From an uncultured Candidatus Saccharibacteria bacterium (GTDB taxonomy: Bacteria; Patescibacteriota; Minisyncoccia; Phycocordibacterales; UBA1550), in NCBI GenBank assembly GCA_964457625.1, contig CAYWES010000002.1:30239-94238 (forward strand): DNA of 64,000 nucleotides. The letters run 5' to 3'. Positions 18,536-28,481 of the stretch are shown here, piece after piece. Each line of letters begins with the position of its first letter. Positions within the stretch are counted from its first letter, which is position 1. Made by a program: the position numbers and the translations under genes. Below the pieces are notes generated by a model. That model was not told the DNA's origin. It searched no databases and saw nothing but the letters and a program-made list of their open reading frames with translations.

Positions 18536-19699
18536 CTAAGGGAGGAAGGGTTTTAGGATGTTTTTGAGGGTTTCGAAGATTGATCCAAGCGGGGAATCCT
18601 TTGGGGTTTGAGGTCTCCTGAGTCCGTAGAGACAAAGTCCATAGGCAACGAGCCAAGAAGCGTCTTTGACAGGAGGTTTCCCCTGAAGAAGGGAACCGTT
18701 GGTAATGGCAAGTGAGGGAAGTTTGAGCGCTCTTTTGGAAAGATCTTCTATGTTTTGTATTCCTGCGCCTCCACCGATAATGATGACTCCTGCAGGAAGG
18801 AGTCCATCTCTTCCTATTTTTTTAAGATACTTTTGGATAAGCTCAAAAATATCGTCGAGACGTGCTTCTATAATCTCAGTCAGTTTCTTTTTTGAAAATG
18901 TTTCTGAAGAAGCATTGAGCTTTACTTTCTCTGCTTCTTCAAGGGGGATTTTAAACCCAAGCGCAATGTCGTTAGTGATATCCGTTGATCCGATAGGGAA
19001 TACATGAATCGATATAGGAACGTCGTTTTCAAACACAACGAGAGAGACTGTTTCTGCGCCAATATCCACAAGAGCACATCCCACGCTCCGCTGTTTTTTC
19101 GTAAGAGCAATGTGTGACGCGGCAAGAGGGGAAGGAATGACTTCATCAACCTCGATACCAATCTCTTCGATACTCTTTATGATGTCGTCCAAATGATGCT
19201 CGAGACATGTCACAAAAAGCATTTTTACCGCAATAGTGGCTCCAATCAGTCCATGCGGGTCACCGAGAACTTCTTTTCCGTCGAGCTCGTAGCTTATGGG
19301 GAGGCGATGTACAATGCGCTTGTTGGAAAGGTTGGGGAGATTTTTTTCGGCGTCCTGCTCCGCGCTTCGCAACTCCTGATCAGATACTTCTCCCGAGGTA
19401 CGCGTAATGGACACTGTCCCTTTTGCGCTGAGAGATTCGAGAGATACTCCACCCAAAGAAAGAAAGGCATTCTTTATCCTTACTCCCGAGCTTTTTTCGG
19501 CATGCGTCACCGCTCCCTTGATACTCTCGAGCGCATCGGCTTTGTTGATGAGGTATCCGTGGCGGATTCCTCGTGATTCCGCATGCCCCGTACCAATAAC
19601 GCGCGGTGCGCCACCCGGTGTATGTTCTACGACGACGACGCGCGTTCGGTGAGTGCCGATATCAATACCTGTGACGATTCGTTTGATGGGAGAGCGCAT
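18536..19699 (-). CDS. ftsA: Cell division protein FtsA
   Basis: Actin-like ATPase fold (GIDIGTHRTRVVV) located immediately upstream of ftsZ. Confidence 0.9.
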   Translation of the reverse strand: MRSPIKRIVTGIDIGTHRTRVVVVEHTPGGAPRVIGTGHAESRGIRHGYLINKADALESIKGAVTHAEKSSGVRIKNAFLSLGGVSLESLSAKGTVSITRTSGEVSDQELRSAEQDAEKNLPNLSNKRIVHRLPISYELDGKEVLGDPHGLIGATIAVKMLFVTCLEHHLDDIIKSIEEIGIEVDEVIPSPLAASHIALTKKQRSVGCALVDIGAETVSLVVFENDVPISIHVFPIGSTDITNDIALGFKIPLEEAEKVKLNASSETFSKKKLTEIIEARLDDIFELIQKYLKKIGRDGLLPAGVIIIGGGAGIQNIEDLSKRALKLPSLAITNGSLLQGKPPVKDASWLVAYGLCLYGLRRPQTPKDSPLGSIFETLKNILKPFLP

Positions 19700-19778
19700 A
19701 TACTACACATATTAGCAGATAGCACCAAAAGTCAAAAGCAGAACTGTATACAATGGTCCTTTTTACCCCCGCTCTATG

Positions 19779-20156
19779 CTATATATCAAATTGAGCACGT
19801 ATCTTTTTTTCAAGGCGTTCCATCCGGGGTCCATGGTCGTAGCCCTTGAGATGCGCAAGTCCGTGGATGAATAAAAACGCAATGAAGTTTGTATATGAAC
19901 GCTCAAAGAGCGACGCATCACGTCGTGATGTTTCGAGATCAAGGAATATTTCACCGCTCGTTTCATCAAGAGGAAATGAGAGTATGTTTGTCGGTTTGTC
20001 TTTTTGACGATAGGTATGATTGAGTGTGCGTGATTTACGGGGGCTGACAATCACGAGGGAACAATCATACTCCTTTCCAAGGACGGCTTCCGCAAGACGC
20101 ACAAAAGGCAAGCGGGGAAGCTTGCCTTTTGTGGTGTTGGTTATTGAGAGAGGCAT
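19779..20156 (-). CDS. ybeY: rRNA maturation endoribonuclease YbeY
   Basis: HGLAHLKGYDH zinc-binding motif. Confidence 0.8.
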   Translation of the reverse strand: MPLSITNTTKGKLPRLPFVRLAEAVLGKEYDCSLVIVSPRKSRTLNHTYRQKDKPTNILSFPLDETSGEIFLDLETSRRDASLFERSYTNFIAFLFIHGLAHLKGYDHGPRMERLEKKIRAQFDI

Positions 20157-20167
20157 CTGATGAGATA

Positions 20168-20416
20168 CTACCTCTTTGCGCCACGAGGATTCTCCGGGAG
20201 TTTCCCCATTTTCTTGAGGTGCTCATAGTGTGCGCGCTTCTCAAGAACCACAAGGGCGCTCTTCTTCCGCTTGAAGTAAGATTCCTTGCGCTTTGCCCAA
20301 CGAAGAGAACGCACGCGGGGGATAACCCCTGATCCTTGGACGCGCTTGGTAAAGCGACGAATAAGGCTGATTGCGCTTTCGTTTTGATTTTTGGTTACTT
20401 CTACGTTTACTGACAT
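20168..20416 (-). CDS. rpsU: 30S ribosomal protein S21 (probable)
   Basis: VEVTKNQNESAISLIRRFTKR...RKESYFKRK aligns with S21 (V.V..NE..E.AL.RFKR...R.REFYEKP). The ATG at 20416 is preferred over the longer track ORF. Confidence 0.5.
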   Translation of the reverse strand: MSVNVEVTKNQNESAISLIRRFTKRVQGSGVIPRVRSLRWAKRKESYFKRKKSALVVLEKRAHYEHLKKMGKLPENPRGAKR

Positions 20417-20476
20417 AGGCGAAAGTCTACCATAGGGAATCTTTTTCTGCAAACTCTTGAATTACCTGCGGAAGCT

Positions 20477-21823
20477 CTAGCGAAGCTCCTCTTTGAGGTG
20501 TTTGACGAAGTCGGGAAGATTCGCGAGGGGGACGGTCTCTTGGGATCGTGTCGTCATGTTGCGTACGATGACGGTGTTGTCGAGCGCTTCCTTTTGTCCA
20601 AAGATGATAGTAAAGGGTGCTCCGCTCCGCTCGGCAATGGCAAGTTGTTGTGCAAGTCCGTCTTTGGAGAGTGCTTGGGCAATAGGCACGCGTGCTTTTC
20701 GGAGGATTTCAATAATACCGAGGCTCTTGAGCTTTGCTTCCATGCCAAGCTGTATGAAATATACTTTTGGCTTCTTTACGATACGAGGGTCAAGCGCTTT
20801 ATGTGATGGCGACATGATGACACGGTCGACACCGATTGCGGCACCCATCGCGGGGACGTCCTTCTTTGATCCCAGTGATCGCGCGAGGAGGTCATAGCGT
20901 CCGCCTGCAGCAAGGGTGAGGGGAGGTTCAGGGTTCTCATTATCATTGTCTGTGGGAGCAAGGTCAATAATCTCAAACACGGTACGCGTATAATAATCAA
21001 GTCCGCGCACGAGATTTTTGTTCATACGGTAGGGGATTTCCATCGCTTCAAGGTATTCGATAACCTCTTTGAAATGTGTACGGCATCCGTTGCAGAGAGA
21101 GTCGACAGGGGTCGGCGAGCCTGCCTTGGGTTCTTGGCACCGAGGGTCTTTGCAATCAAGGACGCGGAGAGGGTTTGTCTTGAGGCGTTCTTTGCAGTTG
21201 GGGCAGATTTCGTTTTGGTGTTTTTTGTAATAATTGGTGAGTTCACGAATGTAGGTGCCACGACATTCCTTGTCACCAATGCTGTTTAATTCTACGGAAA
21301 AGTTCTTAAATCCCGCTTCTTCGAGAATAAGGGTGATGGTACGAATCACTACCGCGTCAATGATTGATTTGCTACTCCCGATAACTTCGAGACCAAACTG
21401 GCGAAGCTCGCGCAAGCGTCCACGCTGAGGGTTTTCGTGACGAAAGAATGGCCCATAGTAGTAGAGCATGACCGGCTGAGGAAGTGTCTGCATGCCGTGC
21501 TCAAGGTACGCGCGCATAACTCCCGCGGTGCCTTCGGGGCGCATTGCGAGGTGGTCACCTCCTTTGGTCTTGAGCGCGTACATTTCTTTGTCGCGAATGT
21601 CGGTACCGATGCCAAGGCTCGAGGTGTAGACCGCTTCACGCTCAAGGATAGGGGTCTCAATGGGGTTGAACCCATAGTAGCGCGCCACCTCGGAAGCTTT
21701 TTCAAAAAAGCCTTGGTACGCATAGTACTCTTTGTCCATAAGATCCCTCATACCCTTGGGGCTCGCGATGTCCTCAGGTCGTAGTTTTGCACGCTCGTTC
21801 GGTGTCTTTTTTTCAGGACTCAT
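20477..21823 (-). CDS. hisS: Histidyl-tRNA synthetase
   Basis: Class II motifs (FRHENPQRGRLREFxQ) and an N-terminal PKGMRD. Start trimmed to the ATG at 21823. Confidence 0.9.
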   Translation of the reverse strand: MSPEKKTPNERAKLRPEDIASPKGMRDLMDKEYYAYQGFFEKASEVARYYGFNPIETPILEREAVYTSSLGIGTDIRDKEMYALKTKGGDHLAMRPEGTAGVMRAYLEHGMQTLPQPVMLYYYGPFFRHENPQRGRLRELRQFGLEVIGSSKSIIDAVVIRTITLILEEAGFKNFSVELNSIGDKECRGTYIRELTNYYKKHQNEICPNCKERLKTNPLRVLDCKDPRCQEPKAGSPTPVDSLCNGCRTHFKEVIEYLEAMEIPYRMNKNLVRGLDYYTRTVFEIIDLAPTDNDNENPEPPLTLAAGGRYDLLARSLGSKKDVPAMGAAIGVDRVIMSPSHKALDPRIVKKPKVYFIQLGMEAKLKSLGIIEILRKARVPIAQALSKDGLAQQLAIAERSGAPFTIIFGQKEALDNTVIVRNMTTRSQETVPLANLPDFVKHLKEELR

Positions 21824-22430
21824 AAGATGTGTACGATGTCGCTCCCGGGTGGAGATCAATCGTGGTGAAAGGGAAGAGACGGATAAATGCTTTGCCAATA
21901 ATGAAATCACGCTGTACCGGTCCCCACATGCGTGAGTCATAGCTTCCGGCACGATTGTCTCCCATCATAAAGTACTCTCCTTCAGCGAGCGTATACTCGA
22001 GCGTCTCGTGTTTGGGGAATTGTATGTACGGCTCGTCGAGGGTGAGGAGGTGTTCACCAAAAGAGTTCTTTATATCCACGATACCCTGGCCGTCAATCAC
22101 TACGGTCTCTCCGGGAAGTCCGATGACGCGCTTGATGAAATATTGCTTTGGATTCTTTGGATACTTAAACACGGCGACATCTCCACGCATGGGATTGTTT
22201 AAATGGTAAGAGAGTTCGTCAACAATCAAATACTGACCGTTTACAAATGTTGGGTTCATGGAAGCCCCTGACACAATGAAAGGTTGCGCCACGAAGAGGC
22301 GGATAGGAAGGACGACCGCGAGCGCAATCAGAATGAAGCGTAATGTCTCCCACAGCTCGGTGCGTATACTATGTCGTGGCGCAAATTTTGCGAAATATTT
22401 TTGAGCCTCTTTGAGAAAATCAGTATCCAT
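21813..22430 (-). CDS. lepB: Signal peptidase I
   Basis: SMNPT, KRVIGLPGE and GDNRAGSYDSR boxes. Confidence 0.85.
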   Translation of the reverse strand: MDTDFLKEAQKYFAKFAPRHSIRTELWETLRFILIALAVVLPIRLFVAQPFIVSGASMNPTFVNGQYLIVDELSYHLNNPMRGDVAVFKYPKNPKQYFIKRVIGLPGETVVIDGQGIVDIKNSFGEHLLTLDEPYIQFPKHETLEYTLAEGEYFMMGDNRAGSYDSRMWGPVQRDFIIGKAFIRLFPFTTIDLHPGATSYTSYES

Positions 22431-22550
22431 TGCTCTATGAAATCAATCATATGATAGAGGGGGACTTGTTGCAAAGGCTATATATGTGGTCTCTTGGTAT
22501 GTTCTCTTGTCTTTCGCGTAAGGAATAAAATCTGCTAGAATGAGAAGACT

Positions 22551-23141
22551 ATGCGATACACCATCGTGGGACTCGGAAATCCGGGAGAGGAATATGTTGA
22601 TACACGACACAATGCCGGGCGCATGGTGCTCGAAGCATTTCGTCGCGCGCACGACTTTCCCGAGTGGTCGCTCGACGCATCGCTCAAGGCGCTCGTCTCA
22701 AAAGGCGAGATAGGGAAAGATACCGTGGTGCTCGTACTTCCCGATGCGTTTATGAATCTCTCGGGGAAGAGTGTTGCCCCTCTTATGAAAACAGCAAAGG
22801 ACGCAGAGCGTACGATGGTGGTATATGACGATATTGACCTTCCTCTCGGCAGTATGAAAATCTCTTTCAATAGGAGCTCGGGCGGGCATCGAGGTCTTGA
22901 GTCAATCATCAAAGCAACAAAAACAAAAGCATTCCCACGTCTTCGTATCGGCATTTGCCCCACAACGCCAACGGGCAAACTCCGCAAACCAAAAGGAGAG
23001 AGCGCGGTGCTTGATTTTATCGTAGGTCCTTTTAAAAAACCTGAGCTTGAGATTATCAACAAGACAGCAAAAAAGGGGAGTAAGGTATTGGAGCAATTTA
23101 TTATAGAAGGGCGCGACCGCGCTACGGCTGAGGTGAACTAG
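22551..23141 (+). CDS. pth: Peptidyl-tRNA hydrolase
   Basis: GLGNPG...TRHNAG and GGHRGLES motifs. Confidence 0.9.
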   Translation: MRYTIVGLGNPGEEYVDTRHNAGRMVLEAFRRAHDFPEWSLDASLKALVSKGEIGKDTVVLVLPDAFMNLSGKSVAPLMKTAKDAERTMVVYDDIDLPLGSMKISFNRSSGGHRGLESIIKATKTKAFPRLRIGICPTTPTGKLRKPKGESAVLDFIVGPFKKPELEIINKTAKKGSKVLEQFIIEGRDRATAEVN

Positions 23142-23315
23142 TATCCTAGAAAAGATATAGTCCTTGAGCCCTGTATTTTCAATGCTTTTTCTCACTTGTG
23201 AAAGAGGGTAGACCCTTGACTTTTTTGATAAAATTTGATACAATTAGGAGAGGTGGGTTGGTCCAAGAGGATTAACCTAATTTGTTTTTTTCACAAAAAT
23301 TCGGAGAAATTAAAA

Positions 23316-23843
23316 ATGAACACACTGAAAAGTTTGTTTGTAGTACTCACACTCGCCATTTTTGCTGGGTGCAATAGCGACAGCGATGATAGAGGACCCA
23401 ACCCTTCGGGGATCTCCCCAGAGGTTGTTGCATGGTCCTATTCCCCTGCGTACGTTGCCCCGGGACCATCCTTTACCACAAGCTTCCTAGGAAGCTTGTG
23501 GGTAGAATGCATCCCCCATGGAGGACGCTGTCTCCGGGCTGACATATACTTTGGAAGTGATCATTTCCAAGGCATCTATGCCCTTGTGAATGGGCAATAC
23601 AGGCCGTTGGAAGAATCTATGCTGCGCCTGTATGAAGATGAAGACAATCTCACGCACGGCGGGGCTCTCTATATAGAGCTCTATGGGTCTAACCCAGGAA
23701 GCCCGTATGCAGGCAGTTCTTATATCTTTATGACCGATGCCTGGTTTCTTGTGAAGTCAAGATGGACAGATCATACTGAGTGGGTCCCCGCGCATCGTAT
23801 GGGGGAAGGATGCACATTAGTGACGTTCATGTGTAAGGGATAA
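23316..23843 (+). CDS. Lipoprotein, hypothetical
   Basis: Signal peptide with lipobox LAIFAG|C. SD sequence GGAGAAAT upstream of the ATG at 23316. Confidence 0.5.
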   Translation: MNTLKSLFVVLTLAIFAGCNSDSDDRGPNPSGISPEVVAWSYSPAYVAPGPSFTTSFLGSLWVECIPHGGRCLRADIYFGSDHFQGIYALVNGQYRPLEESMLRLYEDEDNLTHGGALYIELYGSNPGSPYAGSSYIFMTDAWFLVKSRWTDHTEWVPAHRMGEGCTLVTFMCKG

Positions 23844-23866
23844 TAGCCACGACGCAATGTCATGGC

Positions 23867-23900
23867 AAAAGGGCGAAACCGTACGGTTTCGCCCTTTTTT
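23867..23900. terminator. Bidirectional terminator between the lipoprotein gene and rpsA
   Basis: AAAA-GGGCGAAACC-GTAC-GGTTTCGCCC-TTTTTT. Confidence 0.8.
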
Positions 23901-23923
23901 ATTTGCCGTTATGTTTGCGAGAT

Positions 23924-25018
23924 TTATTTCTCCTCGCTGTAAGAGAGTGTCATTTTTTGCTCCTTTGCATCAAAGAATGTAATCGCAAAAGGATACGTCT
24001 TGCCGAGCTCAAGTGCCTTGCGGAGCTTGTCTTCGGTTCCAAACTCAGATACATGGACGAGACCGGCGATGCCTTCCTCAATAGATACAAGCGCGCCGTA
24101 GTGGTTGAACTTGATCACCACGCCGGTTACCTTGTCACCTTTCTTGTAGCGTGCTTCCGCACCCTTCCAAGGGTTTTCTCGGAGTGCTTTGATAGAGAGG
24201 GAAATCTTGCCCTCCTTGACCTCAATAACCTTCACGCGCACTTTCTCGCCGAGCTTAAAGAGTTTGCGTGGGTCTTCTACGAGGCCCCAGTCAATCTCAG
24301 AGATGTGCACGAGACCTTCCACACCATCATCAAGCTTCACAAAGATACCGAAGTCTACGAGTCCCGATACGGATCCCTCGAGCTCGTCACCTTGTGAGTA
24401 CTTGCCACTGATTTCGCGCTTCTCTTTTACACCCTGTTCCTTTTCAGAGAAGATGAGTTTGCCTTCTTTTGGTGAGGCAGAAATGATGGTCACCACGATG
24501 CGCTCGCCAACGAGCTTTTTCAATTCCTCAAGGATCTTGTCCTTGTCACCATCATCAATGCGAGGGTAATGCTCTTGCTTGAGCTGGGAAGCGGGAAGGA
24601 ACCCTTGGATACCCTGCCACTCCACGATGAGACCACCCTTGTTTGCATCCTTCACGAGGAGCTCAAGTGCTTGCTTTGTCTTGATAGCTTCCTCTGCTTC
24701 GCTCCAGATGATTGCTTGGCGTGCTTCCTTGAGGGAGAGCTCCACATAGCCATCTTCGTTTACGGACTCCACAACCTTTGCGGTGATGGTGTCGCCCACG
24801 TTGAGCTTCTTGATGACGTCGCGCGCGTTGATAAATTCGCGACCATAGATGATGCCGGTACCGATAGGACCAAGGTCAACATATACGGATGATTTTGCAA
24901 TTCCGAGCACGGGACCTTCGACGAGCGCGTCTACTTCAAAAGGTACTGTGATATCCGTCATGAGGTTGCCCATGAGCGAAGGATTTGCGTCTGTTGTTGT
25001 TTCTATTTCTGTATTCAT
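23924..25018 (-). CDS. rpsA: 30S ribosomal protein S1 (short, four S1 domains)
   Basis: Repeated S1 OB-fold motifs (GxV, DGLVHISE). Confidence 0.85.
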   Translation of the reverse strand: MNTEIETTTDANPSLMGNLMTDITVPFEVDALVEGPVLGIAKSSVYVDLGPIGTGIIYGREFINARDVIKKLNVGDTITAKVVESVNEDGYVELSLKEARQAIIWSEAEEAIKTKQALELLVKDANKGGLIVEWQGIQGFLPASQLKQEHYPRIDDGDKDKILEELKKLVGERIVVTIISASPKEGKLIFSEKEQGVKEKREISGKYSQGDELEGSVSGLVDFGIFVKLDDGVEGLVHISEIDWGLVEDPRKLFKLGEKVRVKVIEVKEGKISLSIKALRENPWKGAEARYKKGDKVTGVVIKFNHYGALVSIEEGIAGLVHVSEFGTEDKLRKALELGKTYPFAITFFDAKEQKMTLSYSEEK

Positions 25019-25245
25019 AAAAAATAAATCCCGTCATACCCCTTTGCGCAAAGTGCGCTCGGGGACAAGCGGGAATAGGGGTCTCGGGTCTCTCCGTAAC
25101 GGTCGTGTCGGGATCGGAGAGGGTTACCAAAACCCTGCTTGTTGTTAACAGGGTTACTCTACGGGAAAGGAGGAGAAAAGTCAATAATCTGGGCATTTCC
25201 TCACGAAGAAGCCCGGCCCCTCACTCCGCCAACCATATTCAAACC

Positions 25246-25310
25246 GCACGCATATTTTTCTGGTGAAAAATTGCTCTGCTCGCGCCGTCGCGCTCCGCAA
25301 GGCGTTTTCA
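25246..25310 (+). other. Conserved structured intergenic element, copy A (core GCACGCATATTTTTCTGgTGAAAAATTGCTCtGCTCG plus a CCGCAAGGCGTTTTCA box)
   Basis: The 37-nt core is shared with 35397-35433 (2 mismatches) and contains the hairpin ATTTTTC-loop-GAAAAAT. Lies between rpsA and ddl. Confidence 0.4.
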
Positions 25311-25388
25311 TATGGTCGGCTTCCGTGAGAGCCTTTCTTTCCGCAAACTATTTATTTGTTACCCGCTCTTAAGGTATACTGTATCAAT

Positions 25389-26354
25389 ATGAATGTATGC
25401 AGAGTCGGCGTCATGAGAGGTGGCTTGGGGAGCGAGTATTATGTCTCTTTGAAAACGGGAGAGGCTGTGCTCGCGGCACTCCCGCGTGACCGGTACGAGC
25501 CACACGATATTCTCATCACTCAAGCGGGTGAGTGGCACCTTGATGGAGCTCCGACTACTCCCGCGAGACTCGCTCAACAAGTAGACATTGTATTCAACGC
25601 GCTCCATGGAGAATTCGGCGAGGATGGCAAAGTGCAAAAGATTCTGGAGCAATTCAATATTCCCTATACGGGCTCATCAAGTCTCCCTTCGGCAATCGGT
25701 ATGAACAAAGAGCTTGCAAAGCGTCGTTTGAATGACATCAACGTGCGCGTTCCCTCCGGAGTCACGGTGTCGCGTGGGGAGGATGTAGAAGAAGTCCTCG
25801 CACGTATTGACCGCACGCTCAAGGGTCCGTATATCGTGAAGCCCCTCACGGGAGGGTCATCCCTCGGCGTGTCTTTTGCAGAGACACACAAAGACCTCAA
25901 GCGTGCTCTAGAGCAAGCGCTCGGCTATGCGGAGCAGGCGCTCGTTGAGGAATATGTGAAGGGGAGAGAAATCACGGTGGGAGTTATTGACGCTCCTGAT
26001 GGAGAGACATCGTACCTCGTGGCACCTCTTGAGATTCTCCTTCCCGAAGGTGCGGTCTTTGATTATGACAAAAAATATCGCACGCCCCATCACCCCCTGG
26101 GCCCCGCGCGTCTCCACGATGCTGAACGCCGTGCTCTTGAAGAGGCTGTCCTCGCCTCACACAAAGCACTCGATATACGGCACTATGCTCGGTATGACGT
26201 TATTCTCACGGACAAGGGGCCGGTCGTCCTTGAGGTAAACACGCTCCCGGGAATGTACGAAACGTCCCTCTTTGTGAAGTCTCTTGAACACCACGGACTC
26301 AGTCTTTCTGAGTTTCTTGACTACGTGATTGCCCTTGCATTAGAGAAAAAATAA
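25389..26354 (+). CDS. ddl: D-alanine--D-alanine ligase
   Basis: ATP-grasp fold with GEDGxxQ and EVNTLPGM motifs. A TATACT -10 lies upstream. Confidence 0.9.
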   Translation: MNVCRVGVMRGGLGSEYYVSLKTGEAVLAALPRDRYEPHDILITQAGEWHLDGAPTTPARLAQQVDIVFNALHGEFGEDGKVQKILEQFNIPYTGSSSLPSAIGMNKELAKRRLNDINVRVPSGVTVSRGEDVEEVLARIDRTLKGPYIVKPLTGGSSLGVSFAETHKDLKRALEQALGYAEQALVEEYVKGREITVGVIDAPDGETSYLVAPLEILLPEGAVFDYDKKYRTPHHPLGPARLHDAERRALEEAVLASHKALDIRHYARYDVILTDKGPVVLEVNTLPGMYETSLFVKSLEHHGLSLSEFLDYVIALALEKK

Positions 26355-26378
26355 GGTATGATAGCGAGGTGTTAATAG

Positions 26379-26455
26379 GGGCCCGTAGCTCACTTGGCTA
26401 GAGCGCCGGTTTTGCACTCCGGAGGTAAGGAGTTCGATTCTCCTCGGGTCCACCA
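26379..26455 (+). tRNA. tRNA-Ala (anticodon UGC)
   Basis: Cloverleaf folded by hand: 7-bp acceptor stem with the G3:U70 Ala identity pair, anticodon loop UUUGCAC, T-loop TTCGATT, A73, encoded CCA. Confidence 0.85.
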
Positions 26456-26456
26456 T

Positions 26457-26497
26457 GGCAGGCGACAATGCGATAGCATTGTCGCCTTTTGCCATGG
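26457..26497 (+). terminator. Long hairpin after tRNA-Ala
   Basis: GGCGACAATGC-GATA-GCATTGTCGCC-TTTT, extended by an outer CCATGGC/GCCATGG pair. Confidence 0.6.
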
Positions 26498-26678
26498 TGT
26501 GACGCCGAGGAGAATCGAAAAGCGGAGCCGGTATACAAGACGAGCAAAGCGAGTGCTTGTCGGCGAGCTGGGGTCGAAGGTACTTAGTAACCTGTGACCG
26601 ATTCTCAGTCTGTATCCCGATTCCCTCAGAAGTATCTCAGCACTACGAATCAATCCGGAAAACTGCTAAAATACCCCC

Positions 26679-27239
26679 ATGAGTGACCCGCAGGAACTTT
26701 TGGAAGTTGTGGACGAAAACGATAATGTCGTTGGTCTGGAAACTCGCGCAAAAATCCACCAAGACGGATTACTCCATCGTGAAATACATATCTGGTTTTT
26801 TACGCCGAACGGTGAAATAATTTTTCAACACCGTGCAAAGGACAAAGACACATACCCTGACAAGCTGGACGCAACGGTAGGTGGGCATGTAGAACCAGGC
26901 ATGTCGTATGAGGAAACGGCGGTGAAAGAATGCAAAGAAGAAACGGGAATAGATATTGATCTGGAAAAACTTGTTCTTGTAAAAAAGATGAGAAACACAA
27001 GTTTTGATGAGGCGACGGGGCTAACCAACAACACTATTCGCGACCAGTATGCCTATCTTTATGAACAGGCACTAGACGAACTGCAGGTGGAGGATGGCAA
27101 GGCATTAGGTTTTGAGACGTGGAGCGTTGACGCTCTTCCTCATCTCTCAGGGTCGGACAAAAATAGGTTTATCCCCCTTATTCTCGAAGAGGATATGCGA
27201 GATATTTTCAATCAAGCGCGAAAGATACTAAATGTATGA
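26679..27239 (+). CDS. Nudix hydrolase
   Basis: Nudix box GGHVEPGMSYEETAVKECKEETGI. Confidence 0.85.
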   Translation: MSDPQELLEVVDENDNVVGLETRAKIHQDGLLHREIHIWFFTPNGEIIFQHRAKDKDTYPDKLDATVGGHVEPGMSYEETAVKECKEETGIDIDLEKLVLVKKMRNTSFDEATGLTNNTIRDQYAYLYEQALDELQVEDGKALGFETWSVDALPHLSGSDKNRFIPLILEEDMRDIFNQARKILNV

Positions 27240-27712
27240 AAAAGGGATACATAACATGTGAACTAAGCGACGAAAGCAGAGAGGAAATCATGTCTTTTGT
27301 TGCAGGGCTTGATGAGTATATTATCAGCTCACCAGAAGGGAAGATACCTAAAGGATTTCACGTAACGATATTTTTTGGGATAAACCCGGAGCTCGTGGAT
27401 GAATCAGTTCTTTATGAAGAGCTTGAGAAGTTTCCTATAAAAGAAGCCTGCGTAAAATCCCTATCGTCTTTTGAATTACCCGCTTACAAATCAAGGATAT
27501 TGGTTCTCGAGCTTAAAGATGAGGAACTCAAAATAGCTCATCGAGATTTTCTTAAATTTCCACACATTGAAGATATTTATACATTAGCCTATAAGCCACA
27601 TGTTACCTTAGGGTATCTGAAAGATAATATTTCAATATCAGATATAAACTACGATGGTCCACTTGTCCTCAGTTTGGAAAAACCCACGTACAAGGTTAAG
27701 GATTTTAGTTAG
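27236..27712 (+). CDS. 2H phosphoesterase superfamily protein (LigT/ThpR-like)
   Basis: Two HxT motifs (FHVTIFF and PHVTLGY). Overlaps the Nudix gene by 4 nt (ATGA). Confidence 0.65.
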   Translation: MKKGYITCELSDESREEIMSFVAGLDEYIISSPEGKIPKGFHVTIFFGINPELVDESVLYEELEKFPIKEACVKSLSSFELPAYKSRILVLELKDEELKIAHRDFLKFPHIEDIYTLAYKPHVTLGYLKDNISISDINYDGPLVLSLEKPTYKVKDFS

Positions 27713-27736
27713 TATTTTCGTAGTCAATCCTTGGCT

Positions 27737-28198
27737 CTATTTCTCCTCACTCAACATCCCCTTCATAAACTCAATCTCCGCTTCTTGATTCAAAACAATA
27801 TTCTCACAGAGCTCTTGTATTGCTGGATTAGAAAGCGTAGCCTTTTCGCACATGAGGATTGCTCCCGCGTGGTGGGGAATCATGGATTTCAGAAATTCTC
27901 TATCGGTAATGGCAATCTGGCTCCGTATGCCAACCCAAAAGAAAATAAAGAATACAATACTCACGCCAACAAGAATGCCGTTCAGGCTTTTGCGGGGGTA
28001 CATGGTGCCCATGACGCCGAGCTCAATAAGCACCATTGCCGTCGTCATGAGACCCGCCATAAAGAATTGATTGAGATTGGGAATGACATTGGCAAATACA
28101 TCAACCATTGCATACATGAGTATGTACATGGCGGTGAAGGAGAGCGCGGTCATGAGCGCAAGACGGCGATAGGGGTGTGTATGGTGCATGATTGCCAT
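27737..28198 (-). CDS. DUF305 family membrane protein (four-helix-bundle metal-binding)
   Basis: MIPHHAGAILMC motif typical of DUF305. N-terminal TM helices. Confidence 0.7.
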   Translation of the reverse strand: MAIMHHTHPYRRLALMTALSFTAMYILMYAMVDVFANVIPNLNQFFMAGLMTTAMVLIELGVMGTMYPRKSLNGILVGVSIVFFIFFWVGIRSQIAITDREFLKSMIPHHAGAILMCEKATLSNPAIQELCENIVLNQEAEIEFMKGMLSEEK

Positions 28199-28285
28199 AT
28201 TTTACCATGTAAATTCAATATTTTCTCGGTCACTTTACACCTGCGGGCATATTTGCTAGGATGGCGGGATGGTCGGTATCGTTAT

Positions 28286-28304
28286 TAATAATGATAAAAT
28301 CATA
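28286..28304. promoter_or_regulatory. Fur-box-like AT-rich palindrome (ATGAT-AAA-ATCAT)
   Basis: AATAATGATAAAATCATAT matches the first 11 nt of the GATAATGATAATCATTATC consensus at 10/11. Lies in the divergent region between the DUF305 gene and a short transcript/YibE/F gene. A fur gene sits 1.4 kb away. Confidence 0.4.
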
Positions 28305-28438
28305 TATACCATGAACGAAGAAGAAACAACAACCCAGGCTGATGGACAGACTGTGGAGACCACAGAAGAGACTACAGAAGCTTCTGCTGAGTAATATCTT
28401 TTTGGATTTTAGAATCCAACCCCTTTAAGAAAAACTCT

Positions 28439-28469
28439 GAAACGGCTACCGTTTCGGGGTTTTTCTTTT
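28439..28469 (+). terminator. Terminator ending the short Fur-box-preceded transcript
   Basis: GAAACGG-CTA-CCGTTTC nested within AACCCC...GGGGTT, followed by TTTTTCTTTT. Confidence 0.55.
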
Positions 28470-28481
28470 ACATAGAGCCAC

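Noticed and set aside
26496-26678. Noncoding stretch of ~180 nt between the tRNA-Ala terminator and the Nudix gene, considered as an ncRNA
   Set aside because: No conserved motif, no convincing structure and no second copy were found. Most likely a plain 5' UTR/promoter region. The 87-aa minus-strand ORF here has no support.
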